DNA of 64,000 bases from NCBI GenBank assembly GCA_963734045.1, contig CAVTFU010000004.1, positions 2,428-66,427 on the forward strand, given 5' to 3'. A program made the position numbers and the translations under genes. Below, piece after piece: positions 34,000 to 44,308 of the stretch. The notes below the pieces were generated by a model. It was not told the DNA's origin and made no database searches. It saw only the letters and a list, made by a program, of their open reading frames with translations. The stretch is from an uncultured Actinomycetes bacterium (lineage in GTDB: Bacteria; Actinomycetota; Thermoleophilia; Gaiellales; Gaiellaceae). Numbering within the stretch: position 1 is the stretch's first letter; the number at the start of each line of letters is the position of its first letter.

Positions 34000-35634
34000 G
34001 TGCGTGAGAATCGCCCCTCCACCGTGCCCGCGTCTACACCACAGGACACCGACCGCCCGCTCCATTCGGGATTCCTGCGCTCACGCGAGCGCTTCCCCGA
34101 CCGGCCGGCCCTCGAGGTCGAGGGCGAGGCGCTCACGTACGAGCAGCTCTACCGGCGTGCCGTCGCGATCGCGGGCACGCTCGACGCCCTGGCCGAGGAC
34201 GAGGACGAGCCTCTCACGGCGGTGTTCGCGTACCGCAGCACGACGGCCTTCGCGGGCGTTCTCGCGGCGCTCTTCCGGGGACACGGGTACGTGCCGCTCA
34301 ACCGGTCCTTCCCACCCGACCGGACGGCGGGCATGCTCCGCCGCGCCGGGTGCCGCGCGCTGGTCGTCGACGCCGCGTCCGCCGAGCAGCTCGATGCCGT
34401 CATCGGCGAGCTCGAGGTACCGCTCGCGATCGTGCTCCCCGACCTCGAGGACGTCTCCGCGCTCCGGGAGCGCTGGCCCCAGCATGCCATCGCCGGCGCG
34501 CTCGATCTGGTCACTCCCGAGGGCTGGGCGCCGCGGCATCCGCCCGAGCGCTCGATCGCGTATCTCCTCTTCACCTCGGGCAGCACCGGCATCCCCAAGG
34601 GCGTCATGGTCGCGCACGAGAACGTGCGGCACTTCCTCGACCGGATGACGGAGCGCTACGGACTGGACGAGCACGACCGCCTGTCGCAGACGTTCGACAT
34701 GACGTTCGACCTCTCCGTCTTCGACATGTTCATGGCCTGGGAGAGCGGTGCGTGCGTGTGCTGCCTCTCCCCGGCGGCGCTCCTGCAACCGGCGCGGTTC
34801 ATCCAGGAGTCGCGCCTCACGGTCTGGTTCTCGGTGCCGTCGCTCGGCCTGCTGATGAACCGTCTCGGCATGCTCAAGCCCGACCGGTACCCGTCGCTCC
34901 GCTGGAGCCTCTTCTGCGGCGAGCCGCTGCCTGTGACCATCGCGGCGGCGTGGGCTCCCGCCGCTCCCGGTTCGGTCGTGGAGAACCTCTACGGCCCGAC
35001 GGAGCTGACGATCGCCTGCATGCTCTACCGCTGGGACCCGGCGACGTCCCCGGCCGAGGCCCTGTTCGGCACCGTCCCCATCGGCCGACCGTATCCCGGC
35101 ATGACGGCGTTCGTCGCCGACGGCGACCTCCGTGAGGTCGGGCCGGGGGAGGACGGCGAGCTGCTTCTCAGCGGGCCCCAGGTCACGCTCGGCTACTGGC
35201 GCGATCCCGAGAAGACGCAGGCCGCGTTCGTCACGCCGAGCGGGACCGACGAGCTCTTCTATCGCACGGGCGACCTCGTCAGGGCGCCGCTCGAGGACGA
35301 GCCCATGTCGTATCTCGGGCGGATCGACCACCAGATCAAGGTGCACGGGCACCGCGTCGAGCTCGGCGAGATCGAGGCGGCGCTGCGGGATGCGACCGGC
35401 GCGAACGAGGTCGTGGCGCTCGGGTGGCCGCGGACCGAGAGCGGCGCGTCGGCGATCGCCGCGTTCGTCAGGACAGACGCGATCGACGTTCCCGCGATCC
35501 GCGCGGCGGTCGCACAGACGCTCCCCGACTACATGGTGCCGCGGCGGATCGTGGCGATCGACGAGTTCCCGCTCAACGCGAACGGGAAGTACGACCGGGG
35601 CGCGCTCGTCGAGCGGCTCGAGGCCCGCGCGTGA
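34000..35634 (+). CDS. Stand-alone amino acid adenylation enzyme (DltA-like)
   Basis: YLLFTSGSTGIPKGV, TFDLSVFD, FCGEPL, NLYGPTE, YRTGD, RVELGEIE, NANGKYDR. Confidence 0.9.
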   Translation: MRENRPSTVPASTPQDTDRPLHSGFLRSRERFPDRPALEVEGEALTYEQLYRRAVAIAGTLDALAEDEDEPLTAVFAYRSTTAFAGVLAALFRGHGYVPLNRSFPPDRTAGMLRRAGCRALVVDAASAEQLDAVIGELEVPLAIVLPDLEDVSALRERWPQHAIAGALDLVTPEGWAPRHPPERSIAYLLFTSGSTGIPKGVMVAHENVRHFLDRMTERYGLDEHDRLSQTFDMTFDLSVFDMFMAWESGACVCCLSPAALLQPARFIQESRLTVWFSVPSLGLLMNRLGMLKPDRYPSLRWSLFCGEPLPVTIAAAWAPAAPGSVVENLYGPTELTIACMLYRWDPATSPAEALFGTVPIGRPYPGMTAFVADGDLREVGPGEDGELLLSGPQVTLGYWRDPEKTQAAFVTPSGTDELFYRTGDLVRAPLEDEPMSYLGRIDHQIKVHGHRVELGEIEAALRDATGANEVVALGWPRTESGASAIAAFVRTDAIDVPAIRAAVAQTLPDYMVPRRIVAIDEFPLNANGKYDRGALVERLEARA

Positions 35635-36599
35635 GCACGGCCTCGGAGGCGCGCGTCCGTGACGTCGTGCTCGGGCATCTCGCCACAGAGCTCGCCGAGC
35701 TCGGCGTGGACGCCGCGAGCGTGGACGACGACTTCGACCTGCTCGGCTCGGGGGTTCTCGATTCGTTCGGGCTGCTCGAGCTGATCGCAGCGGTGGAGCT
35801 CACGGTCGGCGTGCCGCTCGACTTCGAGCACCTCGACGTCGGCTCGCTCACCGTCGTCGGGCCGCTCGCGCGCCATGTTGCGGCCCAGGTGGAGGCGGCG
35901 GCCGGAGCGGCCGACGTGCCCGCGCCCGCCAGGCCCGAGCCCGTCGCCGAGCGACCGGTCGCGGTCTCACCGCCGACCGGGCGCCGGATGACGAGCGTCC
36001 GCCGGGCCGCGGGCAGCGGGTTCGGCGGTCTGCATCGCGCCTTCGTTCGCTCGCGGGACAAGGGGTTCTCGCTCGCGATCGCGGGCAGCTTCGCCTCGTA
36101 CGGCTCACACACCGTCCTGCAGCCGCCGGTCCGTCTCCGGGGCGCGGAGCGCATCGCGCTCGGGAGCGGGATCTTCGTCGGCGGGGGCTCGTGGCTCCAG
36201 GTGCTCGAGGAGAGCGAGGCGCCCGTCGCGATCGAGATCGGCGACGGCACATCGTTCGCCGGGCTGGCGGTCGTCTCCGCGGTCGCCTCGATCCGGATCG
36301 GACGCCGCGTCTCCTTCGCGCGGAGCGTCTACGTCGCCGACCACGCCCACGCATACGACCGCTCCTCCCTGCCCGTCATGGAGCAGGGGATCACGGACAT
36401 TCGCTCGGTCGAGATCGGCGACGGCGCCTGGCTCGGCCAGAACGTCGTAATCCTTCCCGGGTCACGGATCGGCGAGGGCGCGGTCGTCGCCGCCAACTCG
36501 GTCGTCCACGGCGTCGTCCCAGCGCGCTCTCTCGCGATCGGCTCGCCGGCGCGCATCCTGCGGCGCTTCGGGACGCTCGACGGCGACACCGCGGCCTGA
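35631..36599 (+). CDS. Acyl carrier protein fused to a hexapeptide-repeat (LbH) acyltransferase
   Basis: N-terminal DLLGSGVLDSFGLLELI (phosphopantetheine Ser), Pro/Ala linker, then IEIGDG...ADHAHAY...VEIGDGAWLGQNVVILPGSRIGEGAVVAANSVV...GSPAR. Confidence 0.85.
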   Translation: MSTASEARVRDVVLGHLATELAELGVDAASVDDDFDLLGSGVLDSFGLLELIAAVELTVGVPLDFEHLDVGSLTVVGPLARHVAAQVEAAAGAADVPAPARPEPVAERPVAVSPPTGRRMTSVRRAAGSGFGGLHRAFVRSRDKGFSLAIAGSFASYGSHTVLQPPVRLRGAERIALGSGIFVGGGSWLQVLEESEAPVAIEIGDGTSFAGLAVVSAVASIRIGRRVSFARSVYVADHAHAYDRSSLPVMEQGITDIRSVEIGDGAWLGQNVVILPGSRIGEGAVVAANSVVHGVVPARSLAIGSPARILRRFGTLDGDTAA

Positions 36600-36683
36600 G
36601 CAGCAGCCACACGGCTGCCGGCCGGGTGCGGCTCGGCGGCGGGTCGCACCGACCCGCCGCCAGGCCTCACTTCTTCCGCGGGC

Positions 36684-39600
36684 TCAGCCCTCGTCCGCGC
36701 CGGCGTCCGGAGGCGCCGCGCGCGGCTGGCCGTCGATGTCCGTCGACGGGTACCGGCTGGGGTCGCCGCGGCCGGCAGCGGGAGACGCGCTCTGCAGGTG
36801 AAGATCGAAGCCGGTGCCGGCGTTCGAGACGAACTTCGGATCCGCCTGCACGTCGGTCGCAGAGCACTTCGCGTCGTCCCAGACGTTGTAGGCGTACGTC
36901 GTGCCGGGCTCGCCGCACGACGGGCCCTCGCCGGCGTTCCCGTAGACGGAGACCGAGCTCGATGAGCTCGTGCCGGTGCTGCGGAAGCCACCGCCGCTGA
37001 CGTTCACGGCGAAGCTGTTGTACCGGACGACGATGTTCTCCATCACGCCACGGTCGACGATCACGCTGTTGTAACAGGTGCCGTTGTCGCCAGGCGTGTC
37101 GCAGTCGCCGAACCAGTTGTTCTCGACGAGCACGTTGGCGATGTTCCCGCCGAGCTCCTCGATCATGTACAGGCCCTGCGTCGCGCAGCTCCAGAACCTG
37201 TTCCCGCGGATGGTGATGTTGATCCCACCCGAGATCGCGAGACAGTCCGGGTGCTCGCTGCCGGGGCGGAAGAGATCGCCGATCTGCGAGTTCTCGACGA
37301 GGATGTTCTGCGGGTCGTCGTCCGAGCCGCCGTTGTCGTTGTTGTCGCTGATGAGCCGCAGGGCGTCCGTGCCGTCGTGGGCGCCACCGATCTTCATGTT
37401 GCGGAGCGTGATGTTGCGGGCGGTCTGGACCTGCGACTGGCCGTGCATTGCGTCGATGTTCTGGAGAGTGACATCGTCGGTGGGAGGATCGTTGACGTTC
37501 TGCACCTCGATCTCGAAGTTGTGGATCGAGAGCGAGCCGCCCGCGCCGTCCAGCGTCATGTGGCTCCCGCTCAGGTTGAGCTCGCCGGTGAAGGTGACGG
37601 ATGCGCCCGGCGCGGGACGGAACACGACGTCGCTCGCGCTCGTCTTGCTCGCGTCCCTGTAGACGGTCTGGTCGCCGCCGTACGTGCCGCCCGCCATCTG
37701 GACGACATCGCCCGGCTGTGCGATTGCGTATGCACGGCCGAGAGAGCCGCACGGCTTCGTCACCACGTCGCGGGCGCAACTGTCGGTGCCACTTGGGCTC
37801 ATCCAGACGCGTACGCCACCGGTCGGCACGGCGCACGCGGGCGTCGTCGTCGTGACCTGCGTCGAGGTCGACCGGTTGCCACCTGCGTCGTACGCGACGA
37901 CTCCGAGGGTGTACGCGGTCGCGCAGGTCGGACCCGCCGACGGCGTAGCCCGGCGTCGGCGTCGTCCCGAGCTTGGTCGTTCCGCGCGTCACCTCGTAGC
38001 CGGTCACGCCGACGTTGTCGGTCGAGGCCGTCCAGCTGAGCGTGAGGCTCGTCGTGGTGAGGTTGCCGACGGCAACGCTCTTCGGCGCCGGAGGCGCCTG
38101 CGTGTCGACGCAGCCGGTGGTCGAGACCATGACGATGACCGGATCGGAGACGTTCCCGGCCGCGTCGTGGGCATCGACTGCCAGCGTGTAGTTCGTGCCA
38201 CAGGTCAGGCCGCTGACGATCGCCGTCGTCCCGGAGGTCGTGTCGACGAGTACGCCGCCCTTGTAGACGTCGTATTCGACGACGCCGACGTTGTCGGACG
38301 CCGAGGCCCAGTTGAGTGCGATGCTCGTCGCGGTGCGCGACGAGGTCGTGAGGTTGGCCGGCATCGCCGGCGGCTCGGTGTCGGCGCACGCAGCCGTCGT
38401 CAGCGAGACGTTCGTCACCGTGGACCGGTTGCCGGCGGCGTCCCTGGCGTCGACGCCGACGTCGTAGGTCTTGCCGCAGGCGAGCCCGTTGAAGGTCGCG
38501 GTCGTCTGCGTCGTCGAGGTGGAGGACGTGCCCCGGTACAGGCCGTAGCCGGTGACGCCGACGTTGTCGGTCGACGCAGCCCACGCGACGGTCGCGCTCG
38601 TCGCCGTCGCGGAGGTCACCCGCAAGTTCGACGGGGCCGTCGGCGCAGTCGTATCCTGGGTCTGCGGCGTCGTGGGCGGCGGCGTGGTGGTGGTGTTGGT
38701 GACGGTGGCGCTGACGGTGTTCTTGGCGATCTGGGCGCCGGCGTCGTCAAGGGCGCGCACCTCGAAGGTGTGCTGACCGTTCTTGACGCTGGTCGAGGTC
38801 CAGAACGCGTCGGTGTCGCCGAACGGCGGGTCGACCTCGGTCAGGACGAGGGCGCCGTCGACGAGGAACTGGATCGAGCCGGGGTCGTCGCCGACCTTGT
38901 CGCCGTTCTTGTCGTAGACGGCCGTCCAGTTGACCGCGCCGGTGAGCGTCGCGCCGTTCGCGATCGTCTGGGTCAGCGTCCCCGACGGCGTCGTGGGCGT
39001 CGTGGGCGGCGGCGTGGTGGGCTGGGTCTGGTTGGCGACGGTGGCGCTGACGGTGCTCTTCGCGATCTGGGCGCCGTTGCCGTCGAGGGCGCGCACTTCG
39101 AAGTTGTGCGAGCCGTTGCCGACGGAGGTCGACGTCCAGAAGCCGTCGGTGTCGCCGAACGGCGGGTCGACCTCGGTCAGGACGAGGGCGCCGTCGACGA
39201 GGAACTGGATCGAGCCGGGGTCGTCGCCGACCTTGTCGCCGTTCTTGTCGTAGACGCCGCGCCAGTTGACGACGCCGGTGAGCGTCGCGCCGTTCGCGAT
39301 CGTTTGGGTCAGCGTCCCCGACGGCGTCGTGGGCGGCGGCGTGGTGGTGGTGTTGGTGACGGTGGCGCTGACGGTGTTCTTGGCGATCTGGGCGCCGGCG
39401 TCGTTGAGGGCGCGCACCTCGAAGGTGTGCTGACCGTTCTTGACGCTCGTCGAGGTCCAGAACGCGTCGGTGTCGCCGAACGGCGGGTTGATCTCGGTCA
39501 GGACGAGGGCGCCGTCGACGTAGAACTGGATCGAGCCGGGGTCGTCCTCGACCTTGTCGCCGTTCTTGTCGTAGAGGCCGCGCCAGTTGACGACGCCGGT

Positions 39601-40611
39601 GAGCGTCGCGCCGTTCGCGATCGTCTGGGTCAGCGTCCCCGACGGAGCCGGCCCGGGACACGGCGAGGTGGCCGCCGACACCTGGCTTGCGGTCGAGCGG
39701 CTGCCCGCGGTGTCGACCGCATCGACCGCGACCGCCTGCGTCAGGCCGCACTTGAGGCCGGTGAACGTCCAGGAGGTCGCCGTCGTGGTGGCGACGCGTG
39801 CGCCCGCGACGTAGAGGCCGTAACCGGCCACGCCCTTGTCGTCGGTCGACGGTGACCACGCGACCCCGACGGTCGTGTCGGTCGCATCCGTCACCCGAAG
39901 GCTCGACGGCGCCGTCGGAGGCTTGTTGGTGGTCGTCGGGCAGGACGCCGTCGAGTACGACGCCTCGGTGCGGCCGGAGCGATTGCCGGCTGCGTCGGCG
40001 GCGTCGATCGCGACGGAGTACGTCTTGCTGCACGTCAGGTTCGAGAACGTCGTCGTCGGGTCGCTGACCGAGCCGACGCGGACGCCGGAGACGTAGAGGC
40101 CGTACTCGACGACACCCACGTCGTCCGTCGAGCGGTTCCATGTGAGGACGACCGAGCTCTCCGTTGCTGCCGCCTGGCGCATCCCGGAGGGAGCGGTCGG
40201 TGCGGTCGCGTCCGCACACGCGGTCGTCGACACCGTGGTGGTCGTCTTCGTGGAGCGGTTGCCGGCGTCGTCGACGGCGTCGATCGCCACGAGGTAGCCC
40301 GTGCCGCACCTGAGCCCGCCGATGCTGTGCGAGAGCCAGTCCCTGAACCTCCGCGCTGTGTCGGGGCTGACCGCGACCGGTGCGGCGCCGTTCACGTAGA
40401 CGCCGTACTCGGCGATGCCGCCGCGCTCTCGCACCTGGGGCCACGCGACCGTCACGCTCGAAGCGTCCGCGGACGCGACCTCGATCGTCCGGACCGGGTC
40501 GGGGGACCGACTGTCCTCGGTTCCGGCGGCGAAGCTCGTCTGCGCTCCGAGGGCGAGGGTGAAGAGCACGGCGAAAAGCGTTGCGATGGACGGCACGCGG
40601 GGAGTGGGCAT
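36684..40611 (-). CDS. Large secreted protein: FnIII x3, Ig-like x3, FnIII x3, beta-helix domain; one frameshift near 37935
   Basis: Signal peptide MPTPRVPSIATLFAVLF; repeated W..STDNVGV.GY...DAAGNRS FnIII units; C-terminal beta-helix in ORF 36684-37829. Confidence 0.85.
38666..39645 (-). repeat. Three tandem near-identical intragenic repeats (321-336 bp)
   Basis: Units starting PSGTLTQTIANGATLTG at 39645, 39324 and 38988. Confidence 0.95.
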
Positions 40612-40975
40612 GGTGTGTGTTGTCGCCCGGGCGGGACGCCACCCGCTCCCCCTTTTGGGGAGTCTTCGGCCCCGGCGAACGCGAGAGCCGTCCTGGAATG
40701 CCGACTTTCTGGGTTCGATGTCCCTCGAACGGGGGCGCTCGTACGACGGAGAGCCCGGGGAGCCCGATCGAGGCCCGGGGGACGAAGAACCACCTGTTCG
40801 GGGGGGCGGTGACCCCCCATTTGGGTTGGTCCGGCCCCTTGCGCTCCGGGCGGGAACGAGTATCGTGAGTGCCACGGCGGCAGTCGTGCCGCCAGACATA
40901 TCTCGGGGGAGTGCGGGGAGTGACAAAGGCTCGGGGGACCCTGTCCGGCGACGGGCGGGTTAGCGGGGGTGCGGC

Positions 40976-42510
40976 GTGAGCGAGACGACGGTGCCGGTCG
41001 CCGGCTGGCGACAGAGCACCGACCTCATCGCGGCGTTGGAGTTGGAGACGGACGAGCGGGTGTTCGTCTCGGAGCAGCCTCGCGCGCGCTACCGCCGCGG
41101 CGCGCTCGTGCGGCGGATGCTGCTCGCGGCCGACGTCGCGGGGCTCGTGCTCGCGTTCGTCCTCGCGAGCCTGCTGCTGCCGTCCGCGTCGACCGCCGAC
41201 AGGGTCAGCCCGGCTTCGAGTATCTGGCCTTCCTCCTCGCAATCCCGCTCTGGATCCTGCTGCTTCGCCTCGAGGGCCTGTACGACCGCGACGAGGAGCG
41301 CACCGACCATTCGACCGTCGACGACATCGTCGGCGTCTTCCGCAGCGTCACGATCGGGCGTCTGGGTCTTCGCGCTGTTCGGCGTCGCCACGAGCATGGT
41401 GCAGCCCGGGCTAGCGCGCCTTGGGCTCTTCTGGATCATCGCCGTCGCGCTCATCCCGACCCTTCGCGCCGCAGGCCGCGTGCTCTGCCGGCAGCTTCCC
41501 GGGCTACACGCAGAACGCCGTCATCGTCGGCGGTGGCAAGGTCGGGCAGCAGCTCGCGCTGAAGCTCACCAATCACCGCGAGTACGGGATCCGCCTCGTC
41601 GGGTTCGTCGACGACCGACCCACCGAGCTCGACGACGAGCTCGCCGAGCGGTTGCCGGTCCTTCTCGGCGGGCCCGAGCGGCTGCGCGAGTACATCATGG
41701 AGCACGACATCCAGCGCGTGATCATCGCGTTCTCGAACGACTCGCACGAGTCCGTCCTGGCCAACATCCGCGCGATCCGCGACCTCGACGTCCAGATCGA
41801 CATCGTGCCGCGGTTCTTCGAGGTCTTCGGAGCAGGCGCCGAGGTGCACACACTCGAGGGGATCCCGCTCGTGGGCCTCAGGCCGACGAGGCTCTCTCGT
41901 TCGTCGCGGGTCCTCAAGCGCGCGTTCGACCTCACGGCGTCCGTGCTCGGGCTGATCGTCCTCGCTCCGGTCTTCGCCGCCGTTGCGGTGCTGATCAAGC
42001 TGGAGTCGCCCGGCCCGGTGTTCTTCCGTCAGGTTCGCCGAGGAGCGAACGGCTCGACGTTCCGGATCTACAAGTTCCGCACGATGGTCGTCGAGGCCGA
42101 GGATCGAAAGGCCGAGGTCGTGCACCTCAACATGCACCGCAACCGCGATCCGCGGATGACGAAGATTCCCGACGACCCGCGGGTGACGCGGACGTGGCCG
42201 GTTCCTCCGGCGGCTCTCGATCGACGAGCTCCCGCAGCTGTTCAACGTGGTCAAGGGCGAGATGTCGCTCGTCGGGCCGAGGCCGCTGATCCTCGAGGAG
42301 GACGCGTTCGTCCAGGAATGGGCTCGGCGGCGCCTCGATCTCAAGCCGGGCATCACCGGCCTCTGGCAGGTGCTCGGCCGCAGCGACATCCCGTTCGACG
42401 AGATGACGAAGCTCGACTACGTCTACGTCACGAACTGGTCGCTGCGCGAGGACATCCGGCTGATCTTCCTCACGATCCCGTCGCTGTTCCGCGCTCGGCG
42501 CGCGTTCTAG
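40976..42510 (+). CDS. Priming polyprenyl glycosylphosphotransferase (WcaJ/WbaP-like), frameshifted
   Basis: KRAFDL, GPVFFRQVR, YKFRTM, DDPRVT, DELPQLFNV, GEMSLVGPRP, KPGITGLWQV. Confidence 0.93.
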
Positions 42511-43487
42511 CGTCGTCTATCTGCGCGGCGGCGACGCCGTCGAGCAGGAGCTCGGCGATCTGGATCGCGTTGAGCGCTGCGCCCTTGCGCAGGTTGTCGC
42601 TCGAGAGGTAGAGCGCCAGGCCGTTCTCGGCGGCGCGTGTCGCGGCGGACGCGGCCGACGAGCACGTCGTCCTGTCCGGCCGCGGCCGCAGGGGTCGGGA
42701 AGTCGGGGAGGTCGAGGACGCGGACGCTCGGCGCGTCGCGCAGGATCTCAGCCGCGTCGTCCGGCGAGAGCGGCTCCTCGAGCTCGACCCAGACCGCCTC
42801 CGAGTGCCCGACCATCACAGGGACGCGGACGCACGTGGCCGAGATCGGCAGGTCGGGTAGCTCGAGGATCTTGCGCGTCTCGGCGCGGAGCTTCGCTTCC
42901 TCGTCGGACTCGTCGCCCTCCCACGTCCAGTCCATGACGACGTCGTGCTCGGCCGGCGCCTCGTCGGCGAGCGCCGTCATCCGATGCGCGCCTGCGCCGG
43001 AGACCGACTGGTAGGTCGAGACCCTCACCCGCGCGAGACCTGCCTCGTCGTGGAGGGGCTTCAGGACGCAGGTGAGCGGGATCGTGCAGCAGTTCGGATT
43101 GGCGACGATCCGGTCGCGCTCGAGCGACTCGAGCGCGCGGCGGCCGTTGACCTCGGGCACGACGAGCGGGTAGCCGTCGACGAGCCGGTACGCGGAGGAC
43201 TTGTCGACGCAGAGCGCGCCGGCGGCCGATGCGACGGGCACGAGCTCCCGGCTGGCGGACGTGCCGACCGAGAAGAGGAACAGGTCGACGTCGCCGGCGC
43301 CGAGCGCGTCTCGGCGTCGCCTCCTCGACCACGAGCTCGTCGTCGCCGAACGGGAGGCGGGTCCCGGCCGAGCGCGCAGAGGCGAATGCCCGCACGTGCT
43401 CGTAGCCGCGCTCCGCGAGCAGGGCAGCGTCACCGTGCCGACGGCTCCGGTCGCGCCGACGACTCCGATGCGTGGTTGCGCGCTCAT
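42507..43487 (-). CDS. asd: Aspartate-semialdehyde dehydrogenase, frameshifted
   Basis: GVVGATGAVG, PLVVPEVN, VANPNCCT, STYQSVSGAG, ATCVRVPV, DNLRKGAALNAIQIAE. Confidence 0.95.
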   Translation of the reverse strand: MSAQPRIGVVGATGAVGTVTLPCSRSAATSTCGHSPLRARPGPASRSATTSSWSRRRRRDALGAGDVDLFLFSVGTSASRELVPVASAAGALCVDKSSAYRLVDGYPLVVPEVNGRRALESLERDRIVANPNCCTIPLTCVLKPLHDEAGLARVRVSTYQSVSGAGAHRMTALADEAPAEHDVVMDWTWEGDESDEEAKLRAETRKILELPDLPISATCVRVPVMVGHSEAVWVELEEPLSPDDAAEILRDAPSVRVLDLPDFPTPAAAAGQDDVLVGRVRRDTRRRERPGALPLERQPAQGRSAQRDPDRRAPARRRRRRADRRR

Positions 43488-43525
43488 CCCCCTTGTTCTA
43501 GCGGAAGCGCCCGCTCCCTGCGCCG

Positions 43526-44113
43526 TCAGGCCGGCCGACGACCCGAAAGCGCGCGCCCGAGCGTCACCTCGTCGGCGTACTCGAGGTCGCCGCCGACAGG
43601 CAGCCCGCTCGCGAGCCGCGTCACCGTCACCTGCTCGCGCAGGCGATCCGCGAGATAGGCGGCGGTCGCCTCGCCGGTCATCGTCGGGTTCGTGGCGAGC
43701 ACGACCTCCTCGACGCCGTTGCCGATGCGGTCCATGAGCCGGCCGATTCGTAGGTCGCGCGGCTCGACGCCGTCCAGCGGCGACAACGCGCCGCCGAGCA
43801 CGTGGTAGAGGCCTCGGTACTCGTGTGTCCGCTCGAGCGAGAGGACGTCGGCGGGCTGCTCGACGACGCAGATCACCGTGCGGTCGCGACGCGCGTCGGT
43901 GCAGACACCGCAGAGCTCGTCCTCGGTCAGGTTGCCGCACTCCCGGCACGGGCGTACGCGCGCCTTCACGTCGGCGATCGCGTGGCCGAGCGCATTCGCC
44001 TCGTCGGGTGACGTCGCGAGGATGTGGAAGGCAAGCCGCTGCGCGGTACGCGTGCCGATCCCGGGCAGCCGCGTGAGCTGCGCGACGAGGTTGTCGACCG
44101 CAGGGCTCAGCAC
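43526..44113 (-). CDS. recR: Recombination mediator RecR
   Basis: LPGIGTRTAQRLAF, C4 zinc finger, YHVLGG, GEATA, GGDLEYAD. Confidence 0.97.
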   Translation of the reverse strand: MLSPAVDNLVAQLTRLPGIGTRTAQRLAFHILATSPDEANALGHAIADVKARVRPCRECGNLTEDELCGVCTDARRDRTVICVVEQPADVLSLERTHEYRGLYHVLGGALSPLDGVEPRDLRIGRLMDRIGNGVEEVVLATNPTMTGEATAAYLADRLREQVTVTRLASGLPVGGDLEYADEVTLGRALSGRRPA

Positions 44114-44308
44114 GCCGTCACGTTATCCGTCCGCGCCGGACGGGCAGCTGCCCGGCGCCACCCTGGTCGTCGCGATCGCGCACCTCCGGCGGCCGATCCG
44201 GCTGGACGTGGTCCGGGCCGGGCTCGTCCTCCACCGACGCGACGATCCCGTTCCAGACGATCGTCCGGCCGCGGTCGTCCGCGGCCATCATGCCGCGATC
44301 CCTCGCAC

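Noticed and set aside
34000-36599. NRPS secondary-metabolite cluster or canonical dlt operon
   Set aside because: No condensation or thioesterase domains and no dltB/dltD; context is polysaccharide biosynthesis
38666-39645. CRISPR-like or mobile repeat
   Set aside because: Units are over 300 bp, coding and have no spacers; no CRISPR array, cas gene, tRNA, integrase or transposase was recognised in the window
40612-40860. c-di-AMP (ydaO) or c-di-GMP riboswitch
   Set aside because: Only vague resemblance; conserved core motifs could not be found
44118-44291. 57-aa ORF between the ligase and recR as a second RiPP precursor
   Set aside because: No leader motif and no adjacent modifying enzymes; coding status is unsupported
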